NCBI RefSeq assembly: GCF_902459465.1
Contig: NC_047063.1
Span: 10,540,001 to 10,604,000, forward strand
Direction: 5' to 3'
Length of the DNA: 64,000 nt
Origin: Asterias rubens
Lineage: Eukaryota
The notes under the pieces: generated by a model
What the model was told of the DNA's origin: nothing
What the model saw: only the letters and a program-made list of their open reading frames with translations
Databases searched by the model: none
Shown here: in pieces, positions 13,077 through 23,530 of the stretch
Layout: every line of letters starts with the position of its first letter
Numbering within the stretch: the first letter of the stretch is position 1
Made by a program: the position numbers and the translations under genes

Positions 13077-13460
13077 TTAAAAGCAGTGTATACTATTGGT
13101 AATTGTCAAAGACTAGCCTTCACAGTTGGTGTATCTCAACATGCATAAAATAACAAACCTGTGAAAATTTGAGCTCAATTGGTCATCGAACTTGCGAGAT
13201 AATAATGAAAGAAAAAAACACCCTTGTCACACGAAGTTGTGTGCGTTTAGATGGTTGATTTCGAGACCTCAAGTTCTAAATCTGAGGTCTCGAAATCAAA
13301 TTCGTGGAAAATTACTTCTTTCTCGAAAACTATGGCACTTCAGAGGGAGCCGTTTCTCACAATGTTTTATACCATCAACCTCTCCCCATTACTCGTCACC
13401 AAGAAAGGTTTTATGCTAATAAATATTTTGAGTAATTACCAATAGTGTCCACTGCCTTAA
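13077..13460 (+). mobile_element. Family A MITE
   Basis: Same TIRs and internal sequence as 10938-11321. Confidence 0.85.
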
Positions 13461-14899
13461 ATATTGTGTCAGTTCTCACTTATAATTCCCAATCCTGTAT
13501 TATTACCTCAATTGTTTTCAAAATCCCTTTTGCCATCGCCAAGAAACTTTGAAGATAGAGGTTTGCGGTAAACACCATGTGAATATTTGACTAATAAGCA
13601 CTGACCATACTTGTCACACTTGTATGTTATAAGTGTACACAAAACTAGTTGAAGTTTGTATGATCTATAATCATAAGCTTCCTATTTCCAGGAACCATAG
13701 TTCAATATATTGTATTATTATTCATATGCGGAAATGATCAACACATTTTTACTTGTGTTTATCTTGTATGATTGTATTTATCTTACAATTTTATGCGGAT
13801 GCTGATCAAGTTATGGGGATGCCCCTACCGTCCACACAAAAAAACCGTTACAACCCTTCGTCAGCACAGCGACTGTTACATAACAGTACCCGTTTACTCA
13901 CTTTGGTTTGTTCTCAAATTTAATACTCGGGGTTGTTTTTTTGCTTAGTAACTCACTCTTATTCATTGCAATAATTATGATGTATTTCTTTTCATGTTTG
14001 CCTTATTCAGTGCCGATATAAAGTGATGTTGAGATAGGCCTACAACAATTTGGATAGGGCTGACCAGTTGTAACATAACTGTTTTACATTGAAATTCACT
14101 ATAATAAATTGAAACTACGGTCAAATCATCTACAGGTTGCTTCAATCGATTCGAACACATTTCAATGTTTAACTCTTATTAGTTTGCTTTGTGAGGCAGA
14201 CTGCGCGATTCCCAAAAGTGTTGTCATACTGTGGTATAGAGGGCGCTATAACAAACGTTGGTGCTGGGCTATTTTATCTGTTTAAAGTTACGAACTTGCA
14301 AAGGCATAAATTATCACCTAATCTATGAGCATTGAGTCGGCCACATATTTCATGTGCATGTAGGTTCAATAAATGTATTTATCCACTACGTTTTAATATC
14401 AAAACATTTATTAACTGCCCCAGTGTAGATACAACAGTCTTAAAAAAAAAATTGAAATATCCTTAGATGTGCGCAATAATTATTGAGGAAACAAACAAAC
14501 AAATAAATATACATGTACAACGTCCATTGATTTGCTTTTAAATATTTTAATAACTCTCTATGATAAACAAACAACGTTACAGTTGAACAATTTTAAGAAA
14601 AAAATCAAATTATTAAGCAAGCTGCTTTGAAAATACCTCCAGGGTGGTTAACCAATCTAAAAAACAACATTTTGTACAAATCATGTCTCAATTTACATTA
14701 AACTTCTTCAAAAATTAGAAAATGTTTGATCCTCAATTAATATGTAGTTAAAAAAGTATTTGTTGAAACAAACTCTTCGTGAACATGTTTGAAGATTCTT
14801 TGGAATGGGGACATCACTGAGGGATACAAAATGAGTAGATTGATGAGTTACTATTGCAAGATGGAAATTTCAGATTTAAAGTTCGTTGTTGTTCAGGCA

Positions 14900-15421
14900 T
14901 CAGTTATGAGCTATTGCTAACAGACCATCGGTCGACGAGTACTTAATGGGTGTAGACTGGGCATGGGACTGGGGAAAGTACGACGAGGGATCAAACACCG
15001 AGATCGGTGCAACGTGCCCAAGGTACTTTGCATCGTAACTCGATGTGTAGCGACCGGGGACTGTAGCGACTGTGTACCCGTAAGGAGGGCTCTGTGGGTG
15101 AGCACTGCTGCCGTAATTCAGCCCGTAGTACCCGTAGCTGTACGACGGCACCATGGTGTACTGATCGTAGGGGAGGGAGGAGAGCCCGTAGTAGGGAGAG
15201 GTAGCACTTGGTGAGCTGACGCCTGTTGTGAGATCGTCGGAGCCAACAGGGGATGCTGAGGTTGAAGGTGATAAGTGGTTAGTCTCGGATGGCTTGGGTG
15301 TTGTTGTTGGCGTTACCGCTGATTCATCACCATCCTCGCTGCTTGATGAATCGATCAGCTTCCCTGTGCTGTTAGGACGCCCATGACGACGGGTCCTAGC
15401 ACGGCGGTTCTGGAACCAAAC
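14900..15421 (-). CDS. Homeobox gene exon 3 (VWFQNRRAR... Ser/Pro/Tyr-rich C-terminus)
   Basis: Acceptor TTTTGTCTACCAG|GTTTGG, open to TGA at 14900-14902; minus-strand AATAAA at 14407-14412. Confidence 0.92.
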   Translation of the reverse strand, partial: VWFQNRRARTRRHGRPNSTGKLIDSSSSEDGDESAVTPTTTPKPSETNHLSPSTSASPVGSDDLTTGVSSPSATSPYYGLSSLPYDQYTMVPSYSYGYYGLNYGSSAHPQSPPYGYTVATVPGRYTSSYDAKYLGHVAPISVFDPSSYFPQSHAQSTPIKYSSTDGLLAIAHN

Positions 15422-17236
15422 CTGGTAGACAAAAATAGACAGAGACTTATTAAGCATGTTTACATTTACGTCTATATATAACAACAGCAGCTAATCCATT
15501 TAGCCGGAGGTGTGAGGTAGAACATTAGATGGATTAAAGGGTAATGAGAAAAATCAATTTGGCTGAACTGTGAGAGGTGTCACAGACGAGGAATATCGAC
15601 AGGATAACAAGATGTGCTAAATGTCTGCCATCGATTTAAGGCATTATAACCTCTGCTGATAATCGACCATTTTCTAAGTAACGATTATTCCAATCCAAAG
15701 TTAAACACTTTAAGCGGCAGACTTGTTTAATCCTTGATCTATAATAAACTGTCAGAAATGCTAGGGCTTGTTTTCATGGAATGAAAAACCGCAAGTACGA
15801 AGTACAAAATCAGATCTCATCGCGTCTGCCATGATTGGGAATTAAGGATAGAAAATAAGGTTTCGAGCAAATTTTGTTTTAGCGATTTGTTGCTTGGGAG
15901 AAGAACAAAAATCACAGGTGCGCATCAATCACTTTGGTTACAAGTTACTGACATTTAATTGAAAGAACACATTGGAGATGTGTATTTTTGAAGTAATGTT
16001 TGTACAGTATAACAGAGAAAGAGGGAATTTTTCACCCACAAATCTTCCTCTGACACAACCAATTAATTGTGCAACAAGAGTGTTTTCCCCTTTTCTTGCA
16101 ACTTCGATACCAGTAGATAGTGAGCCTAAGAATGTTCGTTTTTGTCTTGAATGTATCATCACTGAAGAATTCCTTGAGGTTAGGTTAAAAGGAATTTCTA
16201 AGATCTAGAATTTATAGATTTGTTAAATCTGAGGCGGTAAGTAAAGATTACAGACATGATATTTACCTGCACTCTTGCTTCAGACATACCGATAGATTCT
16301 GCAAGCACTTCCCTGCTGGTTATATCGGGGTACTGATCGTCAGTGAAGAACACTTCGAGCTGTTGCCGCTGGTCTTCAGTGAAGATGGTGCGGGCACGGC
16401 GACGGCGTTTCCTGAGCGGGCCGCTCCCGGTAGACTCGGCGGGGCAACTAACGATGTGAACGGCGGCCTGTTCAGCTGCTGAAAAGGATAAAGGTGATTT
16501 TTGTTAATGAAGTTATCGTCTGGCGGTTTATAAGGGCAGGTTGGGAAAAAACACCAGGGAAATATTACCCTTGTAAATGACGAGCGTTACATACATGATC
16601 CATGGTCAAAATCCAGTTTTAGCAAAGGGTCTTTAAACACCTGTATCTACTGCATGAAAGGGAAAAACATCACGGTTTGTAGTCTGAAAACTTACCGATT
16701 AAATGCAAGTTCATACGTTTTTATCGAAAAAGAAAACATTTGATCACATTTGATTACGACAACCATGGAGGTAGAAATAGACCCCAAATGGTACAGCCAC
16801 AAATTGATTAATGTTATCTAATACATGCTGGAAAATACGGTTATTAACTATTTTTTTCTTGAATCACACGACGGGTTTATTTATAAGTATCTTCTGTCTT
16901 GACTCTATCTATGATATATCCACTCAAATGAACCCAGCAGTGATGGTGAATATTGTGTCAGCTCACATGTATTACTACCTCATTTTGTTTTTAAAATCAA
17001 TGTTGCCCTCGCCAAGAACTGTGAAAATAGAATCCCACATTGCTTTCTCTTAAAGTGTTGCGTGGCTTCAATTTTCTTTTTATAAATTGATAAATTAGGC
17101 GCTTTGGGTTTAAAAACCAGGGTTAAACTGAATTACCTGTATTGGAATTCCCTGTCTTTATGCCAAGGATGTCTTCTATCAGATGACCAGCTTTCCTTTT
17201 CACAACGCAAGACTTGACTGATCGCGTGCTCTCCAT
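14900..17236 (-). CDS. PRD-class Q50 homeobox gene, Pmar1/Phb-like; complement(join(14900..15421,16267..16478,17137..17236)), 277 aa
   Basis: Spliced homeodomain RRRARTIFTEDQRQQLEVFFTDDQYPDITSREVLAESIGMSEARVQ|VWFQNRRARTRRH, with the intron at the PRD-typical position between residues 46 and 47. QYPDITxRE and NRRAR resemble echinoderm Pmar1/Phb as I recall them. All splice sites are canonical and in phase; 834 nt. Paralog identity is not determinable by eye. Confidence 0.88.
15492..15733. promoter_or_regulatory. Cluster of three TAATCC (K50 homeodomain/Otx-type) sites in intron 2
   Basis: TAATCC at 15492-15497, GGATTA at 15531-15536, TAATCC at 15728-15733. Motif match only. Confidence 0.4.
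16267..16478 (-). CDS. Homeobox gene exon 2 (homeodomain residues 1-46); absent from the ORF track because it has no start codon
   Basis: Manual translation of the reverse complement; acceptor CCTTTTCAG, donor CAG|GTAAAT. Confidence 0.92.
17137..17236 (-). CDS. Homeobox gene exon 1 (MESTRSVKSCVVKRKAGHLIEDILGIKTGNSNT) with eh1-like HLIEDIL
   Basis: ATG at 17236, donor G|GTAATT at 17137, phase 1 matches exon 2, about 100 nt downstream of a TATA/Inr. Confidence 0.75.
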
Positions 17237-17329
17237 GATACAGATTAATGTTATAAGAAGACCCGAATGCAACTGGTGGTAGTAGAAGAGCAAGTTGCGG
17301 AAGACTGTAGAGATGTAGAAACTCAATGA

Positions 17330-17470
17330 GTGAATGATACAGGCTGAGGACATGAGGCCGCTTTTATAACTACCCCTACCAGGTCAGCCGGGCCCTTTGA
17401 TTCATTCATGAGACCCCAAATAAGGTGCCGTCCTCGGTTGCTGATTGGTCGAGCGTAGTCTTTGAAGTCA
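17330..17470 (-). promoter_or_regulatory. Proximal promoter of the homeobox gene
   Basis: TATAAAA at 17368-17362, Inr-like TCATTC at 17337-17332 about 30 nt downstream, CCAAT at 17448-17444, TCF/LEF-type CTTTGAT at 17395-17401 and CTTTGAA at 17460-17466. Confidence 0.65.
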
Positions 17471-17965
17471 CCGCCTGAAGGCGGTCCGTGCCCCATTGAC
17501 TGAACGCGGGCGTGCGAGTACTGCGAAAGAACACTGGGGCTGTAAATTACCAAGAAAACAGATAGTGATACCGTTGAAAGCCTTGAAGGGTTTATGAGAA
17601 GATTAGTTACTGATACCCGTTGGCGAATTGTTTGGGGTGATTGAAAATTAAAACCAACAACATCTCGTTTCTGATTTGGTATCCGCCATTTTCGGTGTTG
17701 GAGGGTTGCGCTCCATATTCTGATCACTGTTCCAATACTCTTGTATTTTCTTAGAAGTCATATCCTAACCATAATCCTATACCTCTCACAGTGTGTAAAT
17801 CACGAGGGTTTTCGAACGAATAGTGGGGTTGAATCAGAGATGAAGATATGCCTCTGTGACTTTATTTTTGTGTGAATTATTTAGCCTTTATTACTTTTGG
17901 TTAGTTTTGTGTAGGCCGATGGAACAAAGACTGACCAATGCTGGGTGGTAGGCCTATCTTGGCCC

Positions 17966-18335
17966 TTAAAACCACTGGACACTATTGGTAATTGTCAAAA
18001 AAAAACGGTCTTCTCACTTGGTGTATCTCAACTGAAAAATTTGAGCTCGATTGGTGGTGGGAGTTGCGAAATACTCTATGAAAGAAAAAATACCCTTGTC
18101 ATTCGATGTTGTGTGCTTTTAAATGCTTGGTTTCAAGACCTCAAATTCTAAACTTGAGGTCTCGAAATCAAATTCGTGGAAAATTACTTCTTTCTCGAAA
18201 ACTGCGTCACTTCAGAGGGAGCTGTTTCTCACAATGTTTTATACTATCAACCTCTCCCCATTACTCGTTAGCAAGTGAGGTTTTACGTTTATAATTATCT
18301 TGAGTAATTACCAATAGTGTCCACTGTGCCTTTAA
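17966..18335 (+). mobile_element. Family A MITE about 600 bp upstream of the homeobox TSS
   Basis: Same TIRs and body. Confidence 0.85.
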
Positions 18336-20519
18336 GCACTGCATGGAACAAGTTAGGATGTAATTGATTATGATAGAGAAGGCATTTGTTCAAATATTCG
18401 TGGAATGACCACTACTGAGTTGACCACTAGATAGCGCGTGTGAAAAAAATTATGAACATTCCAAAATATCGGAAATACCTTTAAAAATTACTGATAATAT
18501 TACCACCGGCCAAAATCTATGTGCAACAGTTCGGTCGTAATTTGACCGATCAGGAAGTGGTTGCCTAAGGAAGGGGGCCTACCCTTTTCTTGGTCAGCAG
18601 GACCCGTCAAAACACACAATTGACCGGGAGTCCTGTGTACTGGTCAGTCTCCATTTCAACATGGAACATTGGAGCCCGGAAATATGCGGGAAAACCCCTG
18701 CTCTCTCACATATTATGATATTATCTGTGACGTCATAGAAATATTTACAAAAGAGCCATAGCCTGGACTTCGTGCAGGCACGATTTGTACACAGCTCAAC
18801 GGAAGTTAACAATGGAAGTTTGTACATTTTTGAAGAAAGAGGACACATCTCAAAACTTGAACAGCAGTTGTTATTTTTTGTCTCTTGAATATTTGTTGAC
18901 ATTATGACACAAAATGTATAATTAACCTTAGCAGTGATGGCTATCGGGTCAGGGAATGACCTGGAATTTACGAGGCAAATTGTTTTACATAAAAAGCCCA
19001 AAGCGATCGTTTTGAAATCAATATGGTTGGACAGATACTTTTTAAAGTTGAATTCAAATATTCAGATAATTATCCCTTGTTTTGGTGTAATTCCATTTAA
19101 CAGAATCCGCTATTTTGTAGAGCCAAATTGTTGTCTCCAAGATTAAAATGGCCGAGCGAGTGCTCCACTGGTTGTATTACAAACGGCAAATAAATGCTTT
19201 TGCAATCACTACTCACTATTTACAGGTGTTTGCTTGTTGCACAAACAAATCTGAAAAAGTAAAAGGAGCGATTCCAAATAGAATATTTTTAGAAGGTGCG
19301 AATGCAATGTGCCATCCCGAGGTGTACATTCTCGAATCGTCAAGTATTTCTTGGAATTGTTGATCTTCATAAAATTATGAGTTTTACGCATGCATATATA
19401 TCTGGAGCCGGGGTCATGCTACACGCAGTACCATTCAGGTTGCACTTTATACCGGGACAGAGGGTGAATATCCTTACACAGTTTCTGATTTTGGTTTTCT
19501 GAAATCTAAGAAAATCACAAGTAGGCTAAATCGTGAATCTACAAGCCTCATCACTGTCCCACCTCCAGTCCTCATTCCAAGAACTCTGCCATTGCAGACT
19601 TAACTGCCGCTATCAATTGTCTTTGTTGATCAAGGCAGATACACTTTTTTAATGGTCTTTTCGAGACCAATCTGTATCAACTTGAAAATGTGCATTTGTG
19701 ATATGTGGCTTCAAACGGATTGACTAAGTTTAAGGCTAGATCCCAATTTCAAATAGTTTGCTAAGCACAACAAAAATTGTGCTTACCAGATTAAGGTTAT
19801 AAGCAATATTTTCTGCATACAAGCCGCTTTTTAAAACTAAACGCCCATCAATGACACGCGAGTTGTCACCCAGTCCTTTGACGCCCGTTCCGCTAAAAAA
19901 AATTGACAAACTTTTAGGACCCACTTTGTGGCTGCATCCAAGGGTGTTTTCCCCGCAATCCTTCAAGACAATGGTGCCATAAATTGGCTTAACACCCTTA
20001 GATGCTTTGTATGGTTTACAGATTGGTTCTAACCCAAGAAGTTTGCCCACCTTTACAAGAAGGTTCGCGGTTGACTGGTTCGGTGTACATGTGTAAGGAG
20101 CATACGTAGCGGTTCCACTGATGTCTTAATTGATTTGTCCGGGTAAAGGGTTCACCGCGCGCGTGCTTCCTCCTTCATGTTTGCCGCATCTGCTTGGGTG
20201 TTTTCATCAAAGGGTGGTATGGGCCTATACGACTAACTCTGTATGGGTGGTGCATACTGACTGTGAAAGCTTTCTTTCAGCTTTTGTAGGTTGTGCTATT
20301 TTGGTTAGAACTGCCATAAGCTCAAATCATGGAGGTAGAACTCCATGCTCAAATTCACAACCAGTTCGAACTGCAGCCATTTTAGAAATCTATTAAAAAT
20401 GTGTTTTGTATTCAGGGGGTATCTATTAATAACCAACCAGCCAATTTGCGAAACAGAGAACAATTGTATTTGTTTTATTAAGACATGCCTTTTAGGAAGA
20501 CCAAACCTGCTGGGGGCCA

Positions 20520-20902
20520 TTAAAGGCAGTGGACACTATTGGTAATTGTCAAAGACCAGTCTTCTCACTTGGTGTATCTAAACATATGCATAAAATAACA
20601 AACCTGTGAAAATTTGAGCTCAATCGGTCATTGGACTTGCGAGATAATAATGAAAGAAAAACACCCTTGTCACACGCAGTTGTGTGCGTTTAGATGGTTG
20701 ATTGACCTCAAATTCTAAACTTGAGGTCTCGAAATCAAATTCGTGGAAAATTACGTCTTTCTCGAAAACTATGGCACTTCAGAGGGAGCTGTTTCTCACA
20801 ATGTTTTATACCATCAACCTCTCCCCTTACACGTTACCAAGAAAGGTTTTATGCTAATAATTATTTTGAGTAATTACCAATAGTGTCCATCACTGCCTTT
20901 AA
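20520..20902 (+). mobile_element. Family A MITE
   Basis: TTAAAGGCAGTGGACACTATTGG ... CACTGCCTTTAA. Confidence 0.85.
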
Positions 20903-21354
20903 GCAACATTTGCTGCCATTTTACTCATGACAGTCGAAATTAAAAGTCAAATGAGGCAAACGACCTTTATTACTTCGTGTTCGCAAAAGCTAAACGTTTT
21001 TCGCCGAGGTATGATATTTTGTTAACGAATATGCCACTAAGAATTGGCAACCTCCATGGGTCAAATCTGCGAATGATTGCGTCTGCTGATGGCCACCGCG
21101 AAGCACTACTTCTTGGAAACCATTTCAGGGTTTAGGATTTTACTAAAAAGAATATTCTATATTTGAACCTTCGGCGAAAAGCAATCCGGAAGTTTGTTCC
21201 AGCCCTGTTTTTGGTGTTCTTAAAAACACCATAATTTCTACGCCTGTGTTCGCTTTTACGCCCTGTATTAGTGTAGTGTTGTATAATGAATACGAGATTT
21301 TTGTCGCATAAATTCTTCTTCCCGTGAAGGGGATGAAGTTTTTACCTCCATGGT

Positions 21355-21603
21355 TTAAAGGCAGTGGACACTTTTGGTAATTACTCAAAAATAATTATTA
21401 GCATAAAAACTTACTTCTTACGAGTATGGAGAGCTGTTGCACACAACTTCGTGTGACAAGGGTGTTTTTTATTTCATTCATATTTCGCAACTTACGACCA
21501 ATGAGCTCAAATTTTCACAGGTTTGTTATTTTGTGCATAGTTGAGATACACCAAGTGGGAAGACTGGTCGTTGACAATTACCAATAGTGTTCAGGGTCTT
21601 TAA
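21355..21603 (-). mobile_element. Family A MITE, internally deleted
   Basis: Both TIRs present, short body. Confidence 0.75.
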
Positions 21604-23034
21604 TAATCACTCTTGAAATGAATGGCAATAACAACTTTTGGTTAGAAGCATACACAACAACAGCTTCCATAAGTATAAAAGCGATTTCAGAAACATTTCA
21701 CGTCAAAGTAATTTGTTATGTAAAAAGTTGCCATGCCCCCAAATTTGAATCTGACAAACGTTACTGTCAGTATTGTTTCACAGATTAGGTATTCCTATTG
21801 CAGGAATTGCAGTTATTCAAGCACGGACAAACCGCTCCGGTTTTTACAGCGATGTCTCAAAGTGAGCACATTTTTAAAGAAACATGTGCACACGTATAGT
21901 TTTATTGTATACATCCACGATGATTAAAACAATCGAACTGTTCCGAAAACCAAAGATATACTTTGCCCAAAGTGACCATAAAAACAGGCTTGAGCGGCGA
22001 ACTATTGTCACCCCTTTTTGCATGAGAGCTAATACGTTTGTAGGCAATATCTATAAATTAATAAGCACACATGGAAACCCGACTGTCATGGTGCATACTT
22101 AGGTTTTTCGTAGGGTGAATCAGTGACCATTCGGTCAACGACCTTAACAAACCAGTCAGTTCAATAAATATAGCACCAATCTGTGCTTCATATAAAACAG
22201 GGCCATGTAAAAGCACCGACAGATAATAAAACCTCCCCCTTTGATAACGCCATCAAGTTTGATTACCTTTTGTTACAGTCTGTGATTACTTCTCAAACAA
22301 TGCCGAGTCGGCTCACATTAAAGCCGTCGTTTATAACGCAGCGAACCTCACTCAATGGTACGACTGGACTTATGAAACAGGATACCCTGATTGAGTTTTA
22401 ACAATGGGCCGGTAGAGAAGTGTGAAAAGAAAAGAAAATGATTCTGGCCTGTTCAAAACTTATAAGTTTATGATATAATTATAACGCTACTGTGTTTATA
22501 GGCGATATCTTTCCTTGTGTGGTCACAGCTTTTGTAATCAACTTAATTGCAACTATAAAGGGCACCGTGTTTCGACCATAGCAGAGCCAACCTAAATTGT
22601 CACATGGTCACAGCAACAACAACACTGCGCTTGTTATCTCGTCTTGTGTTCTTGCGGATGAATTAAGATCTCCCATGATCAAACCATGCCGTCAGGTCAT
22701 AATGAAAAAGAAAATAGTTAGAGTTGTATAGGAATGGAAGCTTTTTATATTTGGTATTGATGTGCAAATTAACTGCTGAAAGAAAAATGAAGAGTCAAAG
22801 CTACGACCGGCCGGGCATTCCTCTGCGTTCACCGCAGCCTTTTGATGGGTAGTCTAGGAGTAAACGTCTTCAATTGCTATGACTCATGGGGTGTGAACAA
22901 TGGGAGGTACCGTAACAATCCCAGGAGGGGCATCCCTGCTATTCGAACCTCAATACCTTGCCCGATGTGGCAGGGTTTGCCCCCTCCCCCTCCTTTCCCA
23001 CCATACACACGAACCAACAAACTAATAGCATACT

Positions 23035-23530
23035 TTCTGCTGGACACGTTTGGTAATAATTACTCAAAATATGGTTTAGCACAGGGGACCTGTTGATATA
23101 ATATTTTTGATAAAATAATGGCTCCCTGTGAGTTTTTGAGAAAGATGTAATTTCTTACTAAAATGTTTTAATCCGAGAAAGACTTCAGCATAAAGCCATT
23201 CTCATGCGTCTGAAAGCACAGATTTGTTTTGCAATGTTTTTTCCTTCATATTAATCGACATTTTCTTGACCAATTCGATGACCAATAATGAGCCGCAAAT
23301 GTTTACATCCAGAGTGGCATCCCTTCTATTCGAACCTTGCCCGATGTGGTAGAGGTTGCCCCCCCCCCCCTCCCCACCATAAACACGCACCACCACCACA
23401 CGCACCACACGCACCAACAAATTAATAGCCTACTTTTTGACTCAAAATGTGTAGATTTCTATTGGGATAGGCCTACACACCTACACCAAGTGAGAACACT
23501 GACAACAATTACAAAACGTGCCCAGTTCCA
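23035..23530 (-). mobile_element. Degenerate family A-related MITE carrying an internal insertion
   Basis: TGGACACGTTTGGTAAT at the left end and AATTACAAAACGTGCCCAG at the right end. Confidence 0.5.

Noticed and set aside
11100-13445. Recurrent 60-75 aa ORFs (LNLRSRNQI..., also at 18106, 28161, 34611, 53053, 54649)
   Set aside because: Incidental frames in non-autonomous MITE copies; not conserved between copies and no transposase motifs.
19148-19363. AITTHYL resembling the MutS ATPase (A/T)THY motif
   Set aside because: No Walker A/B or DELGRG motif nearby in any frame; a 5-residue match is expected by chance.
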